This document shows, piece after piece, positions 1 to 9,585 of a stretch of DNA of 64,000 nt. The stretch spans positions 7,647 through 71,646 of the forward strand of contig CAZEIU010000001.1 in NCBI GenBank assembly GCA_964512085.1, given 5' to 3'. Each line of letters starts with the position of its first letter. Position 1 is the stretch's first letter. The stretch is from an uncultured Candidatus Saccharibacteria bacterium (lineage in GTDB: Bacteria > Patescibacteriota > Saccharimonadia > CAILAD01 > BJGX01). The notes beneath the pieces are model-generated. The model saw nothing but the letters and a program-made list of their open reading frames with translations. It made no database searches and was not told the origin of the DNA. Made by a program: the position numbers and the translations under genes.

Positions 1-394
1 CTTCGCTTCCGCCCTCGCGATCAATTATTGCTCTAACCAAGATAGCCTGATTATCGGTCAAGGTTACTCCTGGTACAGCATTATTGTTCTTTTTGATTCC
101 CAAGAATTCTTGCAGACTTGTCTGAACATAATAATTGAACACATAACTATACGAGCCAAGCTCTACGATTACTTCTAGGTTTTGGATAGCATTTTGAGAA
201 GTCTTTACTACAACTCTTGGTAGATCGAGTTCTTCACAAAGCCAACGCGCTACAAGCTCGGTATTTTGGTTAAACCCGCTCCTATGCCCTGCAATCTTAT
301 TTTTAATTTCTCTAGGTGAAAGTTTCTCAAGTTTATTTAGACATTTTCTAATTTTTCGTTCTAACACAGGTGCAGTAGGTTGGCTTTTGGCCAT
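1..394 (-). CDS. hypothetical protein, runs off the window edge (MAKSQPTAPVLERKIRKC...)
   Basis: Read manually: open from ATG at 394 to position 1. SD GAAAGGCGAGG, GTACCT at 414-419 and TATAAT at 431-436 upstream. Confidence 0.7.
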   Translation of the reverse strand, partial: MAKSQPTAPVLERKIRKCLNKLEKLSPREIKNKIAGHRSGFNQNTELVARWLCEELDLPRVVVKTSQNAIQNLEVIVELGSYSYVFNYYVQTSLQEFLGIKKNNNAVPGVTLTDNQAILVRAIIDREGGSE

Positions 395-469
395 GCCTCG
401 CCTTTCTGGTGGTAGGTACAAACTTTCAAAATTATAACAGCTCAATACCATCAAAGTAAAGGCCAATTA

Positions 470-1354
470 TTACTTTGCCGAGAGACGTTCAATACGATTA
501 ACATTTAGTGATAGAGTTGCCTGTTTATAGCTTTCTGGGTTATTTATCTTAATCAAATTGAGCAACTTGGCTGCTTCAATATCTTCATAAACCACAGCCG
601 CAGCCTCATCAGTTACGTCTTCTAGTAGTTTAAGCGATTCTAAGACGTCTTGAGTGGCATCATCAATTTGTCTAAGTCCAAAATAAGCTTGAGCTCGAAT
701 ACCAAGTATTTGAGAGCGGCGGCGATCCATGCCTCCCTCTTCTGTCTCTACTTGATAGAGTAAATCATATGCTTCATTTGCATACTTTAGCGCCAAATTG
801 TAATTTTTTTTAACAATTTCTAATACTGCCAAATGTAAGAATGTTGTCATAATATAAAAATTATGTGGCCTTACATCGCTTTCTATAGTATGAAGGCCTT
901 TCTTAAGTTCTTTTTCGGCTAGATTATAATCTTTGAGATAAATATACATAAGCCCTATCTTTGCCTGAGTAATGCCAAGTTCGTTGAGGTTATTGTTCTT
1001 TACAAGCACTCGCTCACTCTTGTGTAGCCACTTAAGAGCAGCATTGTATTCTTTATGATAAGCCAGCATTATACCAATATCTCGTTGCACCGAGCCAACT
1101 TTGTCTAGTCGGTTGAGCCTAGCAAACCTTTCTACTGCTTCCTCATAGCACTTCATAGAGTGTGTCTTATCGTTGTTTACCTTATAAGAAACACCTGCCA
1201 TATGTATACATTCAGCAGCCTGAACATCATTGTGGTTGCCGTCTGCTAGCTTTGCAGCTTTTTTATAAATCTTGGCAGCTTCTAAGCCATGTCCGCCGTT
1301 GCGTAATTCGGTCGCTTGTTTTACAAGCTTGTCAATTTCAGTTTGCATAATCAT
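470..1354 (-). CDS. tetratricopeptide repeat protein
   Basis: Repeated helical units with A/G/Y pattern (YEEA, YNAALKWL, YNLAEKEL, YNLALKYA); ATGA overlap with yajQ. Confidence 0.8.
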   Translation of the reverse strand: MIMQTEIDKLVKQATELRNGGHGLEAAKIYKKAAKLADGNHNDVQAAECIHMAGVSYKVNNDKTHSMKCYEEAVERFARLNRLDKVGSVQRDIGIMLAYHKEYNAALKWLHKSERVLVKNNNLNELGITQAKIGLMYIYLKDYNLAEKELKKGLHTIESDVRPHNFYIMTTFLHLAVLEIVKKNYNLALKYANEAYDLLYQVETEEGGMDRRRSQILGIRAQAYFGLRQIDDATQDVLESLKLLEDVTDEAAAVVYEDIEAAKLLNLIKINNPESYKQATLSLNVNRIERLSAK

Positions 1355-1848
1355 CTAAAATTATTAAAACTTATTGGAAACTCAAAATTTGCCTCGCGCA
1401 GTAACTGCATGGCGCTTTGCAACTCGTCTTTTTTGGGCGATGTCACTCTTACAGTCTCGCCTTGAATTTGAGTTTTTACTTTGGGCACTTTTTCGCGAAG
1501 TAAAGCCGTGATTTGCTTTGCCTTGGTTTGATCCATGCCTTTTAATAAAGGTAGAGACTTACTAGCAATCATATTATTTTGGTGCACCTCGCCCGATTTG
1601 TCTAAGAATTTTAAGCTTAAGCCAGCTTTTACAAACTTGCTTTCTATTACACTCACCATAGCCTCAAGCTTAAGTTCACTATTGGCCTCAATATCTATTT
1701 TGCTAGCGTCTTTATCGAACACCAATTTGGCGCCAGTACCAGCAAAGTCATAGCGAGTAGCAATTTCGCGCTGGGCTTGCTCGCAAGCGTTTATCATACT
1801 ACTAAGATCATATTCACTTACTACATCAAAACTTGAATCTTTTGCCAT
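1351..1848 (-). CDS. yajQ: YajQ family nucleotide/c-di-GMP-binding protein
   Basis: SFDVVSE, RYDF, QIQG..VRV, KKDELQ and C-terminal F.NFR motifs. Confidence 0.93.
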   Translation of the reverse strand: MAKDSSFDVVSEYDLSSMINACEQAQREIATRYDFAGTGAKLVFDKDASKIDIEANSELKLEAMVSVIESKFVKAGLSLKFLDKSGEVHQNNMIASKSLPLLKGMDQTKAKQITALLREKVPKVKTQIQGETVRVTSPKKDELQSAMQLLREANFEFPISFNNFR

Positions 1849-1850
1849 AA

Positions 1851-2936
1851 TTATACCCCTATAGTTTCTTTATCTTCGTCGTCAGCAACATCGTGTGGAT
1901 TCTCGTCATATTTATTTAGCGCAATATTGCAAAGAAAACTTATTAATACTGGTTTAGAAATAATAGTTTTTCTTTGTATTCCATTATTAGGGTCAACTAC
2001 TGCATAGAACCCATCCCTAGCTATTTGCCCCAAAACCGAAGGCTCTCTACTCTTATAATAAGCACTTAATGCGCTATATTCTTGGGAGAAATTAGGACTA
2101 TTACCCACCCCGTCTGTATTGGTAGGATCTACAGAAAAATCTTTTTCTGGACGCTTAAGTGTAGAGGCAAATTTCTTAACATTTTCTGTAGTCGAGATTC
2201 CACCCATCCAGTTAGAATAATAAGCTATTATAGCCATCGCATATTCTTTTGGGCTCATACCTAGAAGTTTTTCTGCACTCAAGCAAAGTTTTTTTCCATT
2301 CATATCGAATTTGAACAGACCAAACTGTTCAGCAAATTTTTTCTCGTTTTCAGTAGTGGCATTCCACATTATTTTGTCTAACACTTGTCTCTCCTGTGCG
2401 TCATATGCAAAAAGGCTGTTTGTAGATTGGTCAGATTTATAATTGGGAGCTGTGCCTGCGAAATTCCATCTCATTAATTTAGTATGTCGGACTTTATCCT
2501 TCTTACCATAAGTAAATATTTTATCTAATCTCTCATTCCACTCAATATCCTGTTCAACTTCTTCTGAAGGTAAGTCTAATTTATCAACCAAACGCATGGC
2601 CTCATCTATCTCACCTATTCTTATATAAGTAATAGCTAGTTTTATAACCTCTCTATAGCTATGAGCAATTTCTTTTTCTGGTATAAGCTCTTGAGCTAAG
2701 CGTAAGTAAAGGTGCGCCTCTGAGGTATCGGTAAGCTCCGCCATTGCCTCTTCGGCTAGCTTTTGATGTTCTGCTGCATCTATCTGCGCCCCTAGCGAGT
2801 CTTCTTGAATTTGTTTTTTTTGAGAGTCTATTATCGCATCAAGGTCACTTTTTAATCGTGCATCACTCATGCTTAAAGGAACTTCTTTGCTTCTTCTTTC
2901 GCCACCGCCGTGGTCTTCTTCATAATAAATATTCAT
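1851..2936 (-). CDS. hypothetical protein
   Basis: 361-aa ORF tightly packed between rodZ and yajQ; no motif recognised. Confidence 0.75.
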   Translation of the reverse strand: MNIYYEEDHGGGERRSKEVPLSMSDARLKSDLDAIIDSQKKQIQEDSLGAQIDAAEHQKLAEEAMAELTDTSEAHLYLRLAQELIPEKEIAHSYREVIKLAITYIRIGEIDEAMRLVDKLDLPSEEVEQDIEWNERLDKIFTYGKKDKVRHTKLMRWNFAGTAPNYKSDQSTNSLFAYDAQERQVLDKIMWNATTENEKKFAEQFGLFKFDMNGKKLCLSAEKLLGMSPKEYAMAIIAYYSNWMGGISTTENVKKFASTLKRPEKDFSVDPTNTDGVGNSPNFSQEYSALSAYYKSREPSVLGQIARDGFYAVVDPNNGIQRKTIISKPVLISFLCNIALNKYDENPHDVADDEDKETIGV

Positions 2937-2963
2937 AAGTTTATATTACTATATTTAAGTTTA

Positions 2964-3989
2964 TTATTTAAACTGAGTATCTTTGCTAAACTCAAGATCG
3001 TTTTTGGCTTCGCCGTTTCGGCCAAGTATACCAAGGTCTTTTTTTGCCACAGTAGAGTTGGTAATAATTACTTGAGTATTGCCTGCATTGCCAGTAGTAA
3101 GTTTAATAGAGTTTTTGGCTTTAAACAATTGAGTTGTGCCTGGCAACATTATACCTCTAAATGCATCTTGACCATCCACGGCGACTACTATCCAAGTAGC
3201 TTGATTCTCTATCTTAACTAACATCTCTACTCCTGCGACAGGCGTCGCCGATACATCAGCTACTGCTACCGGCTTATTACCTATTTCGGCGTTGACCGTC
3301 TTAGTAACCGAGGTTGATTTGCCTAGGCGATTTTTGGCCGTTACCGTTATTTGATTACTACCATTAATAAGCGCGACTCTTTCAGAAAAACTGCCATCAG
3401 AGTTGGTAAGTATTGGCGAGTTGTCTATAAATACATCAGCATCTGAGTTGGTTTGCCCAGAAATAATAATATAGTCGGTAGTAACTTTATCTTGATTGGT
3501 GTTTAAGCTTATTTTGGGTGGTGCTGCAAGTACAGCCACCTGCCAAACAAGATAACTTAGTAGCGCTACAAACAAAACTACTGTGAGGGTCACTATGAGT
3601 GATTTTGAACTAATAGCAAAACCTTTGCTCTCAATTGGCTTGAGAGAAATTTGTTTTTCTACATCAGTAGTTCTACCTGGGTGCTGAGTACTTTGATAAG
3701 CAAGGCGCTCTTTTTTGTACATATTAATAATCGGTGCCGTATCAAAGCCTAAATAATCAGCGTAGCTTTTGATATAACCGAGTGAATAAACATTGTCGGG
3801 TAAATGCTCGTAGTCGCCAGCCTCTATAAGCTCTAGATAGCGTTTTCGTACCTGAATAGACTTCTCTACTTCTTTGAGTGAATAGCCCAAGTCTTCGCGC
3901 CGCTTGGTCAGTAGCGCTGCTACTGTGAGGTCGGTTCTATCGGGAGAGTGTAATATTGATTGTTCTTTGTTATTAGACTTAGGGCTCAC
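2964..3989 (-). CDS. rodZ: RodZ-like protein (HTH, TM, Ig-like, DUF4115)
   Basis: YLELIEAG...LP..VYSLGYIKSYADYLG HTH, one TM helix, C-terminal W..V.VDG...GNAG; follows ftsK. Confidence 0.88.
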   Translation of the reverse strand: MSPKSNNKEQSILHSPDRTDLTVAALLTKRREDLGYSLKEVEKSIQVRKRYLELIEAGDYEHLPDNVYSLGYIKSYADYLGFDTAPIINMYKKERLAYQSTQHPGRTTDVEKQISLKPIESKGFAISSKSLIVTLTVVLFVALLSYLVWQVAVLAAPPKISLNTNQDKVTTDYIIISGQTNSDADVFIDNSPILTNSDGSFSERVALINGSNQITVTAKNRLGKSTSVTKTVNAEIGNKPVAVADVSATPVAGVEMLVKIENQATWIVVAVDGQDAFRGIMLPGTTQLFKAKNSIKLTTGNAGNTQVIITNSTVAKKDLGILGRNGEAKNDLEFSKDTQFK

Positions 3990-6142
3990 TGCTCACTATC
4001 TCCGGCGGCGGCAGTCAGCTCAGTAACACTACTTATTAATATCTCGCGCGGTTTACTGCCATTGGCTGGCCCTACTACACCTTTTTGTTCTAAGATATCA
4101 ATTAATTTGGCAGCTCGTGCATAACCAACGCCAAGACGTCTTTGTAACAAGCTACTCGAGCCTTTGTGCGCAGCTATTACTACTTCGGCAGCCTGCTCCC
4201 ACAAATCATCATCCATGGCATCATAGTTACCTGCACCGGCAGCTCCACCCTTGAGGTTTACAGCCTGAGTAAGAACTTCTTCGTTGTACTCTGGCTTGCG
4301 TTGATCTCTTAAGAATTGCGTAACGGCACTTACTTCGTCGTTACTAACCAACACGCCCTGTACACGCTTAGGCTTAATAAATTCTGCGCTGCTAAATAAC
4401 ATATCGCCTTTACCCAATAGCTTCTCGGCCCCACCGATATCGATTATTGTTCTAGAGTCTACTTGGCTAGCCGTAGTCAGGGCTATTCGGGTAGGTACGT
4501 TAGCTTTAATCGTACCAGTAATTACATTTACACTTGGTCTTTGAGTGGCCAAAACTAAGTGTATACCTACAGCCCGAGCCATTTGCGATATTCTCTGAAT
4601 AAGAGCTTCTACATCTTTGCCGGCCTGCATCATAAGATCGAATAACTCATCGATAACAATTACAATATAAGGCATTCTATCGACGTCTTTTTGACTATTG
4701 TACTCACCAATATCACGCTTGCCATATTCGGCCAAGAGCTTGAGTCGTCGCTCCATCTCGGCTACTGCCCACTTAAGTGCCGACACAGTTTTGTCAGATT
4801 CTGTAACTACCGGAGTAAGTAAGTGTGGTATGTCTTGGTACAAGGTCATTTCTACATGCTTAGGATCGACCAAAATAAGCTTGAGTTCGCTCGGGCTATT
4901 GCGATACAGCAAGCTAAGAAGCATGGCATTTATTGTTACCGACTTACCAGTACCAGTAGCTCCGGCTACCAATAAGTGAGGTGCTTTGGCCAGATCGTAA
5001 GTAACAATGTCACCGGCTACATCACGACCAAGTGCAAAACTAAGCTTAGACTTAAGGCCTTCGTATTCTTTAGAAAGAAATATATCTTTTACTCTCACTA
5101 CAGCACCTTTTTTGTTTGGCACCTCAATACCCACCAAACTCTTACCAGGTATTGGCGCCTCTACACGAACTTGAGTGGCTTCTAGAGCAAGGGCCAAGTT
5201 GCGGTCTAGAGCAGCGATTTTGCTTAGGTTAACACCGGTTGGTGGCTTAAGGGTGTATTGGGCAACAGTTGGGCCCACATCTACCCCATCCATCTTTACT
5301 TCATAACCAAAGTCGGCAAAAGTATCCGAAATAATTTTGGCATTAGCCTTGGCATCACCCGGGTCTGGCTGGGTTGAGGTAGATTGCAGTAAATCTACCG
5401 ATGGATACTTCCAATCTTTATCGATTGAATAAACAATTGGTTCAGCTGGCTTGTCTTTGGCCTCATTCTTGCCCTCATCGCCTATAGTACCTTTTATTGG
5501 CAACTTGGTATTGATTTGAAACTTACTATCTTTGTCGTCAACTTCATCTCTTTCTTTGCCGCCAAATAGTTTTCTAAATAAGTCTTTTATACCTGCGTTG
5601 GCGGCTATCACTATACTTATTATTAATAACATTACTAGAATAAATATTGCTACAGGCTTATTTAGTATTGGTGCCATCGCCGAATAAACTCCGTAGCCAA
5701 CTATTCCGCCGTAATTACCAATTTGCGAAATCTCTACATTTTCGGGCATAGTAATGGCTGCAATTAGAGCGCTCAAGAACACAAAAAATGCAATTGAGCC
5801 AATAAGGTTATTAAATTTGTACCCTCTTTTTACTTCAACTTCTTCTTTGTCTTTAGATTTATTCTTAGTTGTGTCTTCTACCTCGTCGGTCGTTCTAAAA
5901 AGTAAGTAGGCAGTAATAAGCAGAGCTACCGGCAATAAGTATACGGCAAGCCCAATAATAAATTGAGCAGCAGTTAAAACCCACTGGCCAAGCACACCGG
6001 CAAAGTTAAGAATAGCCAGTACAATAAATACAGTTAGCATAACCAGTACAATTGCTACAATCTCACGTACTGCATTACTACTAAGCTGTAGTTTTTTTTC
6101 ATCTGTTTTCTTGTTTTTAGAACGCGAACGCTTTTTCGCCAT
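3986..6142 (-). CDS. ftsK: DNA translocase FtsK/SpoIIIE
   Basis: N-terminal TMs, HLLVAGATGTGKS, IVIDE, ATQRPS and gamma domain LQRRLGVGYARA. Confidence 0.97.
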   Translation of the reverse strand: MAKKRSRSKNKKTDEKKLQLSSNAVREIVAIVLVMLTVFIVLAILNFAGVLGQWVLTAAQFIIGLAVYLLPVALLITAYLLFRTTDEVEDTTKNKSKDKEEVEVKRGYKFNNLIGSIAFFVFLSALIAAITMPENVEISQIGNYGGIVGYGVYSAMAPILNKPVAIFILVMLLIISIVIAANAGIKDLFRKLFGGKERDEVDDKDSKFQINTKLPIKGTIGDEGKNEAKDKPAEPIVYSIDKDWKYPSVDLLQSTSTQPDPGDAKANAKIISDTFADFGYEVKMDGVDVGPTVAQYTLKPPTGVNLSKIAALDRNLALALEATQVRVEAPIPGKSLVGIEVPNKKGAVVRVKDIFLSKEYEGLKSKLSFALGRDVAGDIVTYDLAKAPHLLVAGATGTGKSVTINAMLLSLLYRNSPSELKLILVDPKHVEMTLYQDIPHLLTPVVTESDKTVSALKWAVAEMERRLKLLAEYGKRDIGEYNSQKDVDRMPYIVIVIDELFDLMMQAGKDVEALIQRISQMARAVGIHLVLATQRPSVNVITGTIKANVPTRIALTTASQVDSRTIIDIGGAEKLLGKGDMLFSSAEFIKPKRVQGVLVSNDEVSAVTQFLRDQRKPEYNEEVLTQAVNLKGGAAGAGNYDAMDDDLWEQAAEVVIAAHKGSSSLLQRRLGVGYARAAKLIDILEQKGVVGPANGSKPREILISSVTELTAAAGDSEQ

Positions 6143-6285
6143 AAACTGTATTATACCCTCGAATGCTTAGTTGTGACTACTACAAAATAAGTAATTTTGC
6201 TTGGTTGATTTATTAGTATTATAGCATAGTCAAATCATAAAAACAAGACTTGTCAAATATAAGCAGTTTGATATGATTATAATTA

Positions 6286-8031
6286 ATGAAAAATATTTTT
6301 AAAATGTTTCGCTTTATACCTGGCGAAAAACTGCGTATTTTTAGCATAATTATTTTTAGTATTATCGGCGGATTAGTAAACACCGTAATACCTATACTGT
6401 TTAAAAACCTTATTAATCAAATTTCGCAAGCTACTTTACGAAATAATTTTGAGGTCGTTTACAAAATACTATTACTTATAATTGCAATATTCTTAGCTGA
6501 ACAAGTCCTTTTATTATTCAAAGAAAAGGTATCAGATACCTTTAGAATGCATGTAATGACAAAGTTAAGACTGGCTGTGTATCCTAAGATATTATCATTA
6601 GATATAGCTTACACCGAGAAACATCAGCCTGGATCAATCTTGCAAAAAATAAATCAAGGAATTGGCGATTTTGTAAATTGGATATTTAATTTGAGCGAAT
6701 GGATAGGAACACTTATTACATCGACTATTTTTATCTTAATTGTTTTATGGTACCAAAACATATGGCTTGGGCTTATATACACCTTCACTGTCGTAGTTAT
6801 GATATACATTACCAAGAAAAAAACTATTAGCCAAAAGCCATATATGAAACGTGCCAACATATTGCAAGAAAAATTCTCGGGCAAGCTTAATCAAACACTT
6901 TCTCACCTCGAAACCATCAAAACCATGTCGGCTGAAAAAATAACTTCAGTACAATTTAAAAAAACCAACGAGCAATTAAAAAATGAAAGGCTAAAACAAT
7001 TTGCTGTGCAGCGTCGCTATAATTTTTTGAGAGATTTTATTGGCGCAATAGGTGTAGGATTAGGGCTGCTAGCGACGACATATCTTATTACCAAAAAATC
7101 ATTTAGCGCTGGCGATATATTCTTGGTAGCTCTCTACTCTAGGACCCTAATGAACTCTATTCAGCCATTAGGTTTCTTAGTACAACAAACATCTGAGGTT
7201 AATTTTACCTCATCAAGACTTATTGATTTTCTTGAGACAGCACCGATAGTTTCAGATCGTGTTGAATCCGAAAAACTAGAGAAGTTGGAGTCGTTAGTAT
7301 TTAAAAACGTTACTTACGATTATCCCGATGGCAAAAAAGGTGCAGTTAGATCGGTGAGTTTTGAAATTGATTCTAGTAAGACTGTTGCTCTAGTTGGACC
7401 TTCGGGCGTTGGCAAATCTACACTTACAAAACTTATCTTAAGATTTTATACTCCAACCAAAGGACACATTGAACTCAACGGAAATGAAATTGCAAATTAT
7501 CAACAGAATAGCATAAGAGAACGAATTGGTGTTGTTATGCAAGACGTAGCTTTATTTAATTCTACAATTTTAGAAAATCTACAAATAGCCAATGCCAAAG
7601 CCTCTAAAGAACAAATTATTAATGCAGCCAAACAAGCTAATGCCGATGAGTTTATTCGCGAGCTTCCCAAGGGCTACAAGACTTTAGTTGGTGAACGTGG
7701 CGTAAAGCTTAGCGGTGGCCAAAAACAACGTATCGCTATAGCTAGGGCCATACTTAAAGATCCAGATCTTATTATTCTCGATGAAGCTACAAGTGCTTTA
7801 GATAGCGAAAGTGAAAGATTAGTACAAGATGGCTTACAAAAACTTATGAAAAACCGTAGCGCACTAGTTATTGCGCACCGCTTAAGCACCGTAATGCACG
7901 CCGATGAAATATTAGTGCTCCAAAAAGGTACCATTGTAGAACGCGGAACTCACCAAGAACTTATTAAGTATGGTGGGCTTTATAAAAAGTTATTTGAGAT
8001 GCAATCGGCAAGTGGAAAGGTTAGATTATAA
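6286..8031 (+). CDS. ABC exporter, fused permease/ATP-binding (MsbA/MdlB type)
   Basis: 6-TM N-terminus, GPSGVGKST, LSGGQKQR, LILDEATSALD, IAHRLST. Confidence 0.95.
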   Translation: MKNIFKMFRFIPGEKLRIFSIIIFSIIGGLVNTVIPILFKNLINQISQATLRNNFEVVYKILLLIIAIFLAEQVLLLFKEKVSDTFRMHVMTKLRLAVYPKILSLDIAYTEKHQPGSILQKINQGIGDFVNWIFNLSEWIGTLITSTIFILIVLWYQNIWLGLIYTFTVVVMIYITKKKTISQKPYMKRANILQEKFSGKLNQTLSHLETIKTMSAEKITSVQFKKTNEQLKNERLKQFAVQRRYNFLRDFIGAIGVGLGLLATTYLITKKSFSAGDIFLVALYSRTLMNSIQPLGFLVQQTSEVNFTSSRLIDFLETAPIVSDRVESEKLEKLESLVFKNVTYDYPDGKKGAVRSVSFEIDSSKTVALVGPSGVGKSTLTKLILRFYTPTKGHIELNGNEIANYQQNSIRERIGVVMQDVALFNSTILENLQIANAKASKEQIINAAKQANADEFIRELPKGYKTLVGERGVKLSGGQKQRIAIARAILKDPDLIILDEATSALDSESERLVQDGLQKLMKNRSALVIAHRLSTVMHADEILVLQKGTIVERGTHQELIKYGGLYKKLFEMQSASGKVRL

Positions 8032-8071
8032 AAACAGACTTATAAAAAATAAGTCTGCAAATTAATATTAA

Positions 8072-8386
8072 TTAGATAGTCTGTTGCTCGAGTTCGCCGG
8101 GGTTAGATATTGAGGTAGAGCTAGGCAATGCAACGGTAATTATTGTTAGCTTAGTTGCCTCTCGTCTATCTCTTTCACAAGCAAGTGCGTCTCTAAATAG
8201 ATCATCGCTTAATCTACCTTCTAGATTTAGCTCTGCATACTCATGGTCTGGATGACCACCTTCTTCGTTTACTACATGGTCGTATAGACTAGCAAATTCT
8301 TCGTCTGACATAGCATGCAAATGACAATTTAGTTCATATAGAGCTGCGTATTGTTCATCGCTATATCTACCGTTTATAAGTGGCAT
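8072..8386 (-). CDS. small acidic hypothetical protein (MPLINGRYSDEQY...)
   Basis: ATG at 8386 preceded by GGGGGAG; hairpin terminator at about 8032-8058. Confidence 0.6.
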   Translation of the reverse strand: MPLINGRYSDEQYAALYELNCHLHAMSDEEFASLYDHVVNEEGGHPDHEYAELNLEGRLSDDLFRDALACERDRREATKLTIITVALPSSTSISNPGELEQQTI

Positions 8387-8499
8387 TCTCCCCCGCTTTT
8401 GGCTCGAAAAGGACTTGTGCGAAGCGCTTTGCTTCTGCACACCGATACCAAGTATGCTCTTTTTGTTTCAGAATATCAATAGGCAATATTAAGAATAGA

Positions 8500-9585
8500 T
8501 CAAATTTTGATATCTAAAGGATATTTTGGGTCATAAACTCTTACCCTCTCAAAGTCGATAGGTATAAGACGAATAATTTTTACTGGTTCGCCGTTAGCAT
8601 CGTATTCAAACTCTATCATAAAGTCTTTGAGACGCCATGGTTTGTCTAAACCTACATTTCTTCGTACCTTATCAGCAATTCGCTGCATGTGTTCTTCGGC
8701 ATCTTGTTTTAAGGATTGTATTTTTGCCTCACTCAGACCTTGTTCTGATAATCTTTCAAATATTAATCTACCGCTCACACCGGGTAGTTTTTCCATTACT
8801 ATAAACCCAGGCAACCCAGAATTGGGAGTAAATATTCGCGCCAATGGTTTAGCTGATTGTATCCCCATACTACTTAGCAGTTTTAGGGCGGCATACTCAT
8901 CTAGTGGGCCGTTAGATTTACTGGGCACAATTGCTTTTACAATTACCTCTTTATTGCCCTCACTAGTTGGCAAAACCATTTCATACACTGCTTCTTGAGG
9001 ATAGGGGTCGGTAGGGTCAGCAATCTTAATCGCCGTTGCTTTTTTTTGTAAAGTCTGGCCGATGTTCTCGGATATAAAAACTTCTTCTATGTAATCAAGA
9101 CTTTTTGCATCAAGCCCAGGGTCGTGACGAATATGCAATGTTTCGCCGTTCTTAGTAACTGCTTCTTCGTCTTCTATACCCAATATATGCTCTTGGTATT
9201 GCAGTCTTTGTATCTCGCGCACAAAATAATGCCTATATAGTGCTTGTCTAATTAGTTGAAACTGAATTCGTTCTTTGGCAGAAGTACCAATGCTATATGG
9301 CTCGAGGGTAGGTTCGGCTTGGCCAGGCAGTTGTCTATAATACAAGCCAGCTGCAGTTTCGGTTGGTTTTACGTTGTACTCTATAGCATTGACTATTTCG
9401 TGTCTCTCGTCGTCATTACCTTCTAGGCCCGAAACTGTTCTATCACGCCGATTAGATGATAGTAACCTTATTTTACTATCCATTTCGGCAGTAGATATAC
9501 CTAAGATGCTCATAATATCTTGCGGAATTTGCGAAATCAATATAAGGCTTGCTGCACAAAGCCCAATTAGAGTAGTAATGTTCAT
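8500..9585 (-). CDS. kinase-like fold protein (Kdo/RIO-like) with N-terminal PQ-loop-like helix
   Basis: VIVKA...DEYAAL...IVMEKLPG...LKDFMI...IDFE; N-terminus IGLCAASLILISQIPQ. Confidence 0.6.
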   Translation of the reverse strand: MNITTLIGLCAASLILISQIPQDIMSILGISTAEMDSKIRLLSSNRRDRTVSGLEGNDDERHEIVNAIEYNVKPTETAAGLYYRQLPGQAEPTLEPYSIGTSAKERIQFQLIRQALYRHYFVREIQRLQYQEHILGIEDEEAVTKNGETLHIRHDPGLDAKSLDYIEEVFISENIGQTLQKKATAIKIADPTDPYPQEAVYEMVLPTSEGNKEVIVKAIVPSKSNGPLDEYAALKLLSSMGIQSAKPLARIFTPNSGLPGFIVMEKLPGVSGRLIFERLSEQGLSEAKIQSLKQDAEEHMQRIADKVRRNVGLDKPWRLKDFMIEFEYDANGEPVKIIRLIPIDFERVRVYDPKYPLDIKI

